NCBI GenBank assembly: GCA_965246715.1
Contig: CBDFFH010000027.1
Location: 145,861 to 209,860 of the forward strand
Direction: 5' to 3'
DNA: 64,000 nucleotides
DNA from: Chamaesiphon sp.
GTDB taxonomy: Bacteria; Cyanobacteriota; Cyanobacteriia; Cyanobacteriales; Chamaesiphonaceae
This document shows positions 37,360 through 48,284 of the stretch, in pieces (position 1 is the first letter of the stretch; each line of letters starts with the position of its first letter). The position numbers and the translations under genes are program-made. A model generated the notes under the pieces. The model was not told the origin of the DNA, did not search any database, and saw nothing but the letters and a program-made list of their open reading frames with translations.

Positions 37360-40151
37360 ATGAAAAATAAGGAAAGCAGTAAATCCCAAAAACAAAAGCG
37401 AGAACTCAGAAAAATAAAGCATAAAGGTTTGGGCAAAAAAAAGAAGCTGCTCTACCCGCTGGAAACCTCCACACATTTACAAAGTATCATCAACTATACC
37501 TTGCCAAATGGTACTCAAGTTGGTGCTTTATTGATGAACGCCAGCGATAAAGTAGACCTTCCAGAATATAAACTGCGATTTATTTGGGAATGCCCAGGCA
37601 TTCACGATGATTTTGGTGAAGTAGCAGCTAAATCTATCGTTAACTCGATCGCATCTCTAGGACACGAATTACCGATCGGCGAGAAGTTGCGTGTTGAATT
37701 TCAATCATTCTGCGATCGTACCGATCGCCTGAATGAATTAATCGCCCAATTTGAAACAGCATCGCCTCAATCTCAGCCATTAATTGCTGAGGAAATGCTG
37801 ATTTTACAGAATCTCGACATTAGCGGTCAACGTCGCCCTCATAAAGTATTTTTGATGGGCACTTTTACCCCTAACTTAGGAGCGCGAGAGCAAAAGCTCA
37901 TCGAGAAAATCATTAAATTTAGTACTCTCTGGTATCAAAGATTGTCGGGTTCGATCGAGGAAGTTCGCCAACAAACGATCGATGCGATTCTACTAAATGC
38001 CTACGAGCAGGGCTTTTTTGAGTGGTCTAATTTATTTAGAGATAAACTTCAGCTCAAAGCCACTCCCCTGTCTGGTGAAGGAGTATGGCAGCATTGCTGG
38101 CAGGAACTCAATCGGTTTAACGATCGCGCCGAACAGATAGAACCAGAGCCAGCACCACAACTAATCGAATTCAATCTGCAAAAAGGCACCATTGGCGAAA
38201 ACGTGCGGACGCGGCTGCATCCAACTAGCGTAATGATGCGCTATCCGTCTGCCGTTCCCTCTTCCAACCGCGATCACATCAAAGTCGATCGTCAATACGT
38301 CGGTAGTCTGCTACTCAAACTTCAACCCAAAGTCTTTGAAGAAGCGGGTAATGAGTCGTATCAAGAAGTTCAACTGCATTATCTATCGAATTTAATGGCA
38401 ATCGGCTCGGCTTACGATTATCGAATCGTGCTGGAGCTATCGCGTCCAGAAGAGTTCGGCGTTCGTTACAACAACCAGCAACTCATCCGCCAGAATCATT
38501 ACCGCAAGAAAGAAACAGAGGAAAAAGGACAAGTTGACGTTTTGGCAGACGAGGAGCTGAAAGAAGCCCTTGAAACCGAGCGGATGTTAATCGGTGGCGA
38601 TACGAGTGTCGAATTTTCGCTCTGTATGTTTGTCTACAGAGAAACTTTAGAGCAGATGCACTTTGCCGCGCGTGACTTCTGCTCGCATTTTCGCTCGCCA
38701 GCAATTGTATTACTCGAAGTAGATACTTCTGATTCGCTGTGGGTATCATCGCTACCATTTTATGCAAAATCGATGCTGGTGGATGTCCGCGACAGGCGCG
38801 ATCGCGAACGCCCTGAAATCGTCGCTGCTTACTTTCCATTGGTAACGACAGTTAACGCTCACAAATCTGGAATCGAATTTATTGCGAATAAAGGAGGTTC
38901 GCCCGTTTATTTCGATCCCTTCACCCACATGGGACACACTGCCATTTGGGGTAAAACTCGATCGGGTAAAACCTTACTCGCAGCGTTCAATATTCATAAA
39001 GCACTCAGTCAAGAAATTCCGGTGACGATTCTAGATCAGCCGCCGACAAAGGAAGCTAGTTCGTTCAAGGCTTTTACCGAACACATGAACGGGGCGTATA
39101 TCGATGTGTTTAACGACTCGATTAATTTCTTTGAGACTCCGCTCATTGCTGAAGATATCGACACAGAGACTCGCGAGGACATGAAAAGGCAGAATGAAGA
39201 GTTTATCCTTCAAATTCTGACTTCAATGGTGTTGGGATGGAAGGGCGAACTGAAGGGCGTAAGTAGCAGTAAGGTCATTTCGATGCTGACAACCGCTCTG
39301 AAAAACTTCTTCAAAGACGAGCGGATTTTGATCCGATACGAACGAGCGATAAACGGGGGGATTGGCTCTATCGCTTGGCAGGATTATCCGATCCTGTCAG
39401 ACTTCAAGAGGTTTTGCACGATCGAACGAATAAATCTTCCAGAGGCAACCTGCTGACGATATCGAGACTCTTGGCACAATTCAATTGCAGCTACAACGGT
39501 GGATCGATGGCTCCTACGGTAAGACTATAAATTCTCCCAGTTCCGTAAAACTCGATAGTCCGTTAATGACGATCGCGATGCGCGGGGTCAGTAACAACGA
39601 TGATGCTGCTGTATTCGGCACGATTATGTACGCAGCGGCAATGCGGCGAGCGATTGCCGCTGCCAGTGGAAAAGGTTCGTTGCTATTTATCGACGAAGCC
39701 TCGATTACCTTCGATCTCGATCCGCTCTCACTCTGCGTCGGGCGGGTTGCAGCAAACGGACTCAAAGCCGGAATGCGCCTGATGATTGCGGCACAGGAGC
39801 CGAGTAGCGTCTTTAATAGCGCGGGTGGGAAGAAAATTAAGGACGCACTTTCATATCACCTCATCGGCAGAATTGGTGACAGTCTCTCCGAGTATTGCAA
39901 TCCCGACTTGCTTGGAGTCCCCGAAGCATTGGCATGTGAATAATGCCAGAAAAGATTTTGAGCCAGATAAAGCCACTTGCTCTAGCCAGTGGTTGCTCAA
40001 AATAGACGATCTGTTTACTCCCGCGCGGATCTATCTCCCGCCCTCGTTGGTGGCTCTCACAGCTAACAATATCGACGAGCAGCAAGAGCGCAAAGCTCGC
40101 GCCGCAGCCACTAACGGTCGGATCGACGAATTAACCCTGATTACTAATTGA
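37360..40151 (+). CDS. virB4: VirB4-like T4SS ATPase (frameshifts near 39450 and 39941)
   Basis: Walker A GKTRSGKT, YPILSDF, Walker B LFIDEA; three contiguous ORFs. Confidence 0.85.
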
Positions 40152-40161
40152 GAGGAAGATT

Positions 40162-41153
40162 ATGATGAAACATATCCTTTATTACTGACGATCGTAGGCA
40201 ATATCATCTTGCTAGTTGCATCGATCTCTGGAGCCAATGCTGCAACCTTGCAACCGCCAGTGACAATTCCAGATTCGATCGCTCCTAGCGATACACCCAC
40301 GGCAAATCCCACCGACCCAACAGCAAATCCTACATTCAACCCCAGCGGCATTCAGTCGATCTTATCGAGCAATGGCAATTTATCTACTGTCTTTAGTGGC
40401 ATCGTTAGTGCATTTCCAGGGCTAGATCCGAATATTGCCTCAGCTCTAACAACTGCATCGAAATATGCACCGATCGCACAAAGCGTACTAGCAGGTCAGC
40501 AACCCACGCCAGCACAAATCGGACAAGTTGCGGCAGGGATGAATGGCGGTACTGGGATCGGGATTAATTTTGGTGCCTGGGGACTAGATGCAGCGGGTAA
40601 TATTCAACCATTAAATCCCGATGGCAGCGTCAAAACCGACGATCCGACAGGCAAAATGATTGCTTATCAGGCGAGTAACCTCCTCAACGGCAAAGGTTTA
40701 GACACCAAAGCTGTCATCGCTCAATTGGATTTAGCTAAATCTAAGTCTGGAGCCAGTGTTGCCGAAGCCAATCGCCAAAACACCAACAAAGCAGTTTCCT
40801 CAATTATGAGTGCGACTGGCGATGCTAATAATTCCACATTGGCGACTGGTGCCGCTCAAGCCGATCTTAGTGCCAAAGCGGGTAGCAGTTTTAACCGGAT
40901 GGGCGCGATGAACAATATGCTCTCCCAAAGTCTGATTATGGGTGCCACTGCAAATACCATCGGGCTGGCTAATTTATCTCAAGGAGAAAATCAAGCCAAG
41001 CACAACGCTCTGGTACAACAGCGGAGTATCGCTGAGGACGAGCAAAAACGAGTTGAAGCAGACATGGATTCCCTCAAAACGACTTATCTTGAAGCTAACA
41101 AAATCAAAGCTCGCGCTCGGTTGTGCGCTTCAAGTAATATTTGCTGGATCTAA
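40162..41153 (+). CDS. Secreted T4SS component, possibly VirB5-like
   Basis: Signal peptide (ANA-A), Ala/Gln-rich coiled C-terminus; lies between VirB4 and the VirB6-like gene. Confidence 0.5.
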
Positions 41154-41179
41154 TTCATAGTGTTCGATTCGATCGAACG

Positions 41180-41220
41180 TCGATTTAAGATATTTGCTAC
41201 GTGTAAATATCTTAAATCGA
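41180..41220. other. Perfect 16-bp intergenic stem-loop inside the tra operon
   Basis: TCGATTTAAGATATTT-9 nt-AAATATCTTAAATCGA. Confidence 0.7.
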
Positions 41221-41254
41221 TAGACAGTCTTTTATTACAGGGAGCAGAGCTATT

Positions 41255-42370
41255 TTGTTTGCCGATATTCTTCACACTACAATCCTAGCCTCAACCGATC
41301 CTGCTGTAATTGCGAGTGAGTACGAACAAGCACTCTTTAAAATAATTAGCATTCTCATCACTGGTAATGCAGCATCGTTTACAGATACTTTTTGGATGGC
41401 AATAGTAGAACCATGTAAGGTTATTGCCGGAGTTGGAGTATTGTTTTGGCTAGTGCCAATTATCCCCGACTTATCTTTCGACAACCTTAAAAATCATCTG
41501 CTGAGGATTTTAACACTACTGCTCATCACATTTATGTTCGTAGGAAATGCTTATGGAGCGCGGGTGTTTGCGATCGGTAACTATGCCCTGATTAGAGGTA
41601 TCGATAGTTCGATCGCCACCAATACAAAATTGCTAGGAAGTGTCAATGCCGAACTTGCGGGGATCAAAACCGACAATGAAACTGTTAAGGCGATTAGTAA
41701 TCAAATGCAAGTCTGCATCAAGTTACCGAAGACTATCGCCGATCCCGATCCCGCCAAGCCAGGAAATGTCATTCCAAATCCAGCATACGTCCAGTGTACT
41801 AAAGATGTAAAGACGATGGTTGTCGCAGCTAAACTATCGGTGGCGAATCCCGAACTTGTCACAGAATTAGCCGATACAGAAGCCAAAATGAATAGTCTCG
41901 TCGATTCGTATGACTATAACAGCGTCTGGAATCAATTTGTTAAATTTGCAAATGACCCAGATAAATGGTTGCGCGATTGGTTGGTTGGTGCAATCTTAGA
42001 TGGCTGGTCTGTGATGATTGGTGAAATAGCTGATGAAGGTTTCATCCTGTCAATTTTGGCTTTACCAATTCCACTTGCATTCTCATTTTTGAATACCAAA
42101 CCACTTGAAATTTGGTTTGCTTCATTGTGGGGATTAGGTATTTTCAAGTTCTCATTAACTATCTTGGGTGCAATGATGGGTTTTATCAACGCAAATACAT
42201 CAGGAAGCCAGCCAGCCTATAGCTTACAACTAGGCTATGCGATCGGCGCACCGATAATTGCTGGAGTAATTGCCAAGGGTGGCGGAGCGGGTATCTACGC
42301 ACTAATGGCTCAACTTACAACCGATCTAATCGGACTTGTAGCACCATCCAAGATGATTCCTAAAAAATAA
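41255..42370 (+). CDS. VirB6-like polytopic membrane protein
   Basis: Several TM helices around a periplasmic loop; position in the operon. Confidence 0.6.
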   Translation: MFADILHTTILASTDPAVIASEYEQALFKIISILITGNAASFTDTFWMAIVEPCKVIAGVGVLFWLVPIIPDLSFDNLKNHLLRILTLLLITFMFVGNAYGARVFAIGNYALIRGIDSSIATNTKLLGSVNAELAGIKTDNETVKAISNQMQVCIKLPKTIADPDPAKPGNVIPNPAYVQCTKDVKTMVVAAKLSVANPELVTELADTEAKMNSLVDSYDYNSVWNQFVKFANDPDKWLRDWLVGAILDGWSVMIGEIADEGFILSILALPIPLAFSFLNTKPLEIWFASLWGLGIFKFSLTILGAMMGFINANTSGSQPAYSLQLGYAIGAPIIAGVIAKGGGAGIYALMAQLTTDLIGLVAPSKMIPKK

Positions 42371-42411
42371 TTATAGTTTCTGCCATCGGATTGTCACTCT
42401 ATTGTAAAACA

Positions 42412-43230
42412 ATGAAAGTCAGACAAATATCAAACTTTGTTCCACAACAAGATGAACATTCATCGGTAATAGTTCTCCACGATTCGAGAGATAATGCACC
42501 AGAGGAATATATTGTAGATAATTCGGAAGTAATCAGCTCAAAAAACATTATTACTGGGTGGAAGATCGCCACAATCGGCTTACTCTTTGTCAATGTTTTT
42601 TTTGGAGTAGCTATTATCGGCATGTTATTTGCTGCCATCTCGCGATCGATGCCAACTTTCATTACTCGTGGTAATGGTGAAACCGAAAATCTGGAATTTT
42701 TCACGGGAACCGATCGGTCGCCAACGCTGATTAAGTTCTTCGCTCAAAAAACCATGAGTGGTATTTATACTTGGCGAAACACGCTACCAGAAAAGGGGAA
42801 TATTCCCGATCCTGGTATCGCTGTCGAAGGCGGAAGAAAAATTCCAACTACTGCATATCGCTATACTCTTGCCTTAGAACCAGAATTTGCTAATAGTTAT
42901 CGCAAACAATTAGGCGAACTCCAATCGATCGTGCGAGGAAGTGGCAATAGTTCGGTGCAAACTGCATACATTATCGAGCAAGTTAGCGAACCAGAATCTT
43001 TAGGCTCTGGGAAATGGAAGGTCAAAGTTGCTGGCACTCAATTAATTGTCAATAGTAGCAACGAGCAACCGACAAAGCTAAACATTAATGTCGAGATGAC
43101 CGTTCGAGCGGTGCCACCACCGCTATTATCGGAAGTCACTCGCAAGTATGAAGATATCGGCATTGCTAAAGCCGCTCAGATCGCTCGTGCTGAGGGGCTA
43201 GAAGTTATCTCAATTACAAATATTAAATAA
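42412..43230 (+). CDS. VirB8-like bitopic protein
   Basis: Single TM followed by an NTF2-like pattern (PESLGSGKWKVKV). Confidence 0.55.
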   Translation: MKVRQISNFVPQQDEHSSVIVLHDSRDNAPEEYIVDNSEVISSKNIITGWKIATIGLLFVNVFFGVAIIGMLFAAISRSMPTFITRGNGETENLEFFTGTDRSPTLIKFFAQKTMSGIYTWRNTLPEKGNIPDPGIAVEGGRKIPTTAYRYTLALEPEFANSYRKQLGELQSIVRGSGNSSVQTAYIIEQVSEPESLGSGKWKVKVAGTQLIVNSSNEQPTKLNINVEMTVRAVPPPLLSEVTRKYEDIGIAKAAQIARAEGLEVISITNIK

Positions 43231-43262
43231 GATTAATCTCACAAAATCCAAGGAATATTTAT

Positions 43263-45455
43263 ATGTCAAATCAAAAGTTAGTACTTGAAGAAGTGTCTCA
43301 AAGAATGGGAATCGAGCTGCCAAAATCTGGCGATTTATCCCAAGAATCTCAAACTAAACCTGCTAGTGCGGCAGACCTAGAAGAAGACTCGCAGCCGCCA
43401 GAGAAAAATCCAAAACTTCAGATCTTATTAATAGGATTGGCACTATTTAGTACTTTAGGTGTTGGAACTATGCTCTTACTGTGGGGTCTAGGCAGTGCCA
43501 CAAATCAGCAAGTTACCAAAAAACCGGATTCTCTAGATAATAGCGAACAAGCTGTTAAATCGACTTCCGAACAGCAAAAAGAAGTTGCCGATTTGAAAAC
43601 TAAGCTGGTGATGGAACAGCAAAAAGCCGATGCAGCACGAGTCGCTGGAGAGCGAGCGAAAGCTTCACCGCCAAGTCCAGCCCCAACTCCTAGCTCTCCT
43701 CCATTGGCAACTCCTCCGGCTGCGACCATAGCAAATAAACCGATCGACAAAATGCAGTCTTCAGACCGAGATAAGGCTCTACTAGCTTCTCTGCAACAAC
43801 AGAAACAGCAGGAACTAACCCAGCTAACATCCCTGCGTCAGTCGCGGCAACAGGAAACATCCCAACTGGCATCACTGCGCCAATCTCTCCAGCAAGAGAG
43901 ATCCCAGTTATTAGCAGCTCGATCCGAAACAGCCAACGAGCGACAAAAGCAAGCTACACTCCGCAGTCAGCGAAATGGAAACTTAGCAAAGACTTTTACG
44001 CCACAACCCGCAAGAGTCGTCCAGAGAAACACGATTGTTGCCAAAACTCAGCCATCCACAATACCCCAAACTGTCGCCCCAAAAAAACCAATCGTTGCTA
44101 AAGCTCAAACACCCAAGATTATCCAGCCCACAGTTACCGCTAATCGGCCTACAGTCCCCCAACAACCCAGGCTTGATTGGGAGCAAGCATCGAGCCTAGC
44201 TAATTATGGTGGTATTTCTACTCCTAACGATGCACCCACCAAGCAAAATCAACCACTCACGCTTGCTGGAGGCAATGCCATGTCACCGATTCTCCGTTTA
44301 CCAGTCGGGGAGGTAGTCTCAGGGAAACTGGTTACACCGTTTTACACATCGATCGGCAATGGGGAAGGGATATCTCAAAATTCTACTAAAGCCCTAGCAA
44401 CAGTGACGATCGACAAAGCGATCGAGGTTGGCTCCGGTTGGCACTTACCAGTCGGTACGGCGATCGAATTTGAGTTACAGATTGCCGATAACGGGATGAT
44501 TCAGGCAATATCGAAAAAAGTTACTTACGGCAATACTCAGATCGATATTCCTGCTGGAGCCTTTGCAATTACTGGTAACGACAACCAGCCTCTATTCGCT
44601 CAAATCAAAGAGGTTAATGGATCGCAGCTTGCCGCAGCCGACACCCGCGCCGCTATCTTCGGAGGCGCGGCTGAAATTGGTAACGTTCTAATTAACAGCG
44701 GCAATAGCAGTTCTGTGAGCGTCGGAGTCGGCACGACGATCGCCACTCAAAATAACGGTAGTCCCAATATTTTAGGTGCCGTATTTAAAGGTGCGTTTAG
44801 CCCGCAAGCTCAAGCTGAAGTCAACCGCGCAAACAGTCTGGCTAACAAATTACAGAAAATGAGCAAAGTGGGCTACTTGCTGCCTGGTACGCCCATGCGC
44901 GTATATGTCGCTCAAGCTGCAACATTCCAAATCCCGATCGATAACAACAACACACCTCAAACTTCGAGTTCAACCCAAAATTATCCACCCACCCCAGCAG
45001 CAAAAGTCGCTCGTTTGGACGCTTCAGCCACTTCTTTAATTGTAGAAACACCACCAAATCCGATGTCTACTCAATCTGTCATTAATTCCAGCGGCTCGGA
45101 TGTCGTTGCACCCAGTCCTTTCTATTCTGCTCCAATTCAGCCAGCAACCTCTCAGCCTCCAGCCCTCACCAACCCTATTTACAGCACTACCCCAGCTCAA
45201 CCAACTTCTCAGCCTCCAGCGATCGACCGTAATTACACTACCGCTCCAACTGAGCTTCCAAAAACTCCAACCCAGCCAGCAACCCCTCCGCCTCCAAGCA
45301 CCAGTCCCGATTTCACGACTACTCCAACTCAACCCCCAGGAACTCCAGATCTGCCAGTAATTTCACAACCGCCAATTCTCAACCCCAATTATCCGTCCGC
45401 GCCAACTCAACCCATGACAGTACAGACTACCCAAGGTGATTATGTTATTAAATAA
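43263..45455 (+). CDS. VirB10/TraB-like protein
   Basis: TM helix, Pro-rich and coiled linker, beta domain (LPVGEVVSGKL...LLPGTPMRVYV), P/T-rich tail. Confidence 0.65.
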   Translation: MSNQKLVLEEVSQRMGIELPKSGDLSQESQTKPASAADLEEDSQPPEKNPKLQILLIGLALFSTLGVGTMLLLWGLGSATNQQVTKKPDSLDNSEQAVKSTSEQQKEVADLKTKLVMEQQKADAARVAGERAKASPPSPAPTPSSPPLATPPAATIANKPIDKMQSSDRDKALLASLQQQKQQELTQLTSLRQSRQQETSQLASLRQSLQQERSQLLAARSETANERQKQATLRSQRNGNLAKTFTPQPARVVQRNTIVAKTQPSTIPQTVAPKKPIVAKAQTPKIIQPTVTANRPTVPQQPRLDWEQASSLANYGGISTPNDAPTKQNQPLTLAGGNAMSPILRLPVGEVVSGKLVTPFYTSIGNGEGISQNSTKALATVTIDKAIEVGSGWHLPVGTAIEFELQIADNGMIQAISKKVTYGNTQIDIPAGAFAITGNDNQPLFAQIKEVNGSQLAAADTRAAIFGGAAEIGNVLINSGNSSSVSVGVGTTIATQNNGSPNILGAVFKGAFSPQAQAEVNRANSLANKLQKMSKVGYLLPGTPMRVYVAQAATFQIPIDNNNTPQTSSSTQNYPPTPAAKVARLDASATSLIVETPPNPMSTQSVINSSGSDVVAPSPFYSAPIQPATSQPPALTNPIYSTTPAQPTSQPPAIDRNYTTAPTELPKTPTQPATPPPPSTSPDFTTTPTQPPGTPDLPVISQPPILNPNYPSAPTQPMTVQTTQGDYVIK

Positions 45456-45972
45456 AATTCCACTTTTAGTACTACTTTCATTTCTACTTTCTAGTCTTCC
45501 TGCTAGGGCTGGTACGGTGTCGCTACAAAGAGAACGTGTAATTGCCAATGTATCGGAAAACACCGGACAGCTACTCGATTGGTCGGCAACCGATCGCCGA
45601 ATCGAGCGGATATTTTTTGACAATCCCGAACGTTTCCGCGATTCATTTGTAATTACTACCGATGGTTGCACTAACAATAAATGTGTCAATGCTTCTCTGT
45701 TAAATATTAGTGCCCGTCCTAGCGGTCGTTATGTGGATGGTTCGCTCAAAGTGATCCTCAACGATCGTTCGGGCAGAAAGCGTGTTTTGACGGTGAATGT
45801 AGTCAAAGTCAAGCAGGTTGATGATAGCGTGATGACATTTTCACCTGTTGCAATTCTCAGCCAACCAAGCTATCGCTCCTCCGTTGGAGGGGCTACGCCA
45901 ACGACAGGATTTTACAACAGAGAGCGAGTTGGTTATCCTAGCTCCAATCGCAAAAGTAGTAATAAACTCTAA
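45442..45972 (+). CDS. Secreted T4SS protein, possibly VirB9/TraK-like
   Basis: Signal peptide (ARA-G) and RIERIFFDNP. Confidence 0.5.
   Translation: MLLNKIPLLVLLSFLLSSLPARAGTVSLQRERVIANVSENTGQLLDWSATDRRIERIFFDNPERFRDSFVITTDGCTNNKCVNASLLNISARPSGRYVDGSLKVILNDRSGRKRVLTVNVVKVKQVDDSVMTFSPVAILSQPSYRSSVGGATPTTGFYNRERVGYPSSNRKSSNKL
45878..45901 (-). repeat. 24-nt double-hairpin insert (in frame)
   Basis: Minus strand: tcg-TTGGCGTAGCCCCTCCAACGGAGG-agcga. Confidence 0.75.
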
Positions 45973-46127
45973 TCCAAATGAACCGAAGAAATTGGCGAGA
46001 GATCCAACTCTTTACTCTTCAAGCGATCGTAATAATCACATTCATGGGTGCTTTATTTGGAGTAATGTCTGGGCTGTATGGGGGACTGCGCTACTTCAAA
46101 CCTAATTATCAACAACAAGCTAAATAA

Positions 46128-46337
46128 ATGATGCAAAGTCGTACTTTTAGACAACATAGCTCGGAGTCAATCGGGCAATGGTTCTACAAACATCGTCGTG
46201 CGATTTTCATAGCTACGATGAGAACTGCGGTTTATTCAACTATTAGCGTAGCTGGTTATCACATTTGCACTGGTAGTGTGAGTATCTTCGTGTTTTTAAA
46301 AGAGTATATATTCCCTATTTTTCAGGAGGTTATGTAA
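46128..46337 (+). CDS. Small hypothetical protein
   Basis: Fills the operon gap and ends over the GGAGG RBS of the next gene. Confidence 0.4.
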   Translation: MMQSRTFRQHSSESIGQWFYKHRRAIFIATMRTAVYSTISVAGYHICTGSVSIFVFLKEYIFPIFQEVM

Positions 46338-46338
46338 C

Positions 46339-47815
46339 ATGATTTATCGCAATCTTTTTTTATCTATTTTATTTAGTACCAGTTATTTGTCGCTGCCAGT
46401 TCGCGCCGACACAACAGTACATCAACTTAGCCAAGAACAACTAGGCACAGTTAAAAAGGCTCTGTCTACAGCTACATTTGCGAATAGTCCGCCGACGACT
46501 ACAGCCGCGACTTATGTTGCCGATCCCCGCATACCGCAAATTCCTAGCTTTTCGTATGCTGAGGGTACGCCGTTGCCTAAAGCCGTTCCTGGTGCGATGG
46601 CATCGATGATGGGGGCGAGTAAGTATTCGCCACAATCGGCAACTACCGATGCAGGTGGCGATCCCAATGCCTTTGCCAACACAAAATTAACGTCCTTACC
46701 CTTTTTTGGCAAATTGCCCTTTGCCTCAGTTGTTGCGGCAAATCCCCAGCTCGCTGAGTTAAAGGTTGGTGATGTTTTTCCAAGTTGGGGTGCAGCCGAT
46801 CCATCCAAATCGGTCGCGGATGTAGCTAATAGCCCTCTGGGGAAAACTCCATTACCCCCTGAAGTTCTAGCCTCTACCCCAACATCAAACCTTCTTGGCG
46901 TTACCGATACTCCATACGGCGACTATCCTGGTATCGGCAAACCACCGCTCGATCCCACCAATCCAGGTGAGACGGTCTATGTTGCCGATATGCCTGGTGT
47001 TTCTAAATTATCCTGGGATAAATTCGTGAAAATTGGTGCCATTCCTTCAGGATTAACGCTATTAAAATTCGATCTCCTTCACTCTGGGCAAAAAGAATTG
47101 AGCGTTGCTAATAGCGATAAAGTTGCCGCAGGAAGTAATAAAGAGCCGAATGCTCCCTGTAAAAATTGCGATGCAGTCGAACTGCTAAGTGCCGTAGCCG
47201 CCAATAGCAATTTAAACCCTTACAACGGGACGATCTCGGCCGATTGGATTGCGGCTAAAAGGTGGCGAAGGATTGCTCGGAGATTTGTTTACTGCTGCTG
47301 GGGTTCGAGAGGATTCAGGGTTTGAAGTCCCATATATCGGTTTTGGAGACTGCGGCTCGAAATGGTCTGCTAGATCGCCTAATGTCCAAGCTGGGACGTT
47401 TCAACAAACACTTAGTTTTCGCTATTGTTATACCCTACCATTTCTCGGATTCCAAGCCACCCCCTATTTTCTCGCTCTGCCGCTACCACTTCCAGCAAAT
47501 GAGAAGCAAGCTAATCTGCTACTGCCAATGAAGGTTAAGCCCGTTGCAAATAAATTGTTTCCATCGCCAACAATTCCATCAGTTCCATCAATTCCTTCGA
47601 CTCCCTCAATAGCTTCAGTTTCACCATCACCAAGGATTTCGCCCACCATTCCATCCGCTGTTGGAATTGACAAAGTAGCCCTATTTGGGAGTGCTACTAA
47701 GAACTCCTATAGTCCGACTTTGAACGTATATTCCGACAGGGGAGCGTCAGCAAAACTACCTGCAATCGTTCGCGTAGCGTCGCCCTTGGTGAATCGTCAT
47801 GAAAAGTTCGGTTAG
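46339..47815 (+). CDS. Secreted Pro-rich T4SS-associated protein (frameshift near 47240)
   Basis: Signal peptide (VRA-D); two overlapping ORFs; CKNC and GGEGLLG. Confidence 0.6.
47769..47792 (+). repeat. 24-nt double-hairpin insert (in frame, compensatory variant)
   Basis: tcg-TTCGCGTAGCGTCGCCCTTGGTGA-atcgt. Confidence 0.7.
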
Positions 47816-48284
47816 AGTCAGATCGACATTTATACTAGCAGCTCTGCTGGCAATAAGTGGGTCTTTTATCGCAATTCGCACAGCCAATTGGATCGGGGAT
47901 AAAATTCATGCCCCCAAAGGTGTTTATTCGATCGCAACGGATATTTCTTCAACCCAAGAAATCGAGCGAGTTATCGATCGCAGTGTATACACTTCTAAAA
48001 GTTTTGTTGTCTCACAAGTTGCCAAGAAGCTTCTCGCAGCGCAGATCGAAAGTGGTGGAACCAAGTTTACAATTTATCGGTTTAATTTCCCGCAAACTTG
48101 TGGCAAAGCTGGTTGCTTGCATGTGGTAGTAGATGAGCGCGATAAACATGCCGTTTCTTTGCAGCTAATCGACCTACCAGACAAATCGTTCCCATTTTCA
48201 TCTGTTAATAAAAAAGGCTGCTTTAATACCAGACAACCAATAAATAACACGATCGACGATTATGAAATCTGTAAGCCAAGTTAG
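47799..48284 (+). CDS. T4SS-associated hypothetical protein
   Basis: N-terminal TM/signal sequence and FNFPQTCGKAGCLH. Confidence 0.6.
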   Translation: MKSSVRVRSTFILAALLAISGSFIAIRTANWIGDKIHAPKGVYSIATDISSTQEIERVIDRSVYTSKSFVVSQVAKKLLAAQIESGGTKFTIYRFNFPQTCGKAGCLHVVVDERDKHAVSLQLIDLPDKSFPFSSVNKKGCFNTRQPINNTIDDYEICKPS

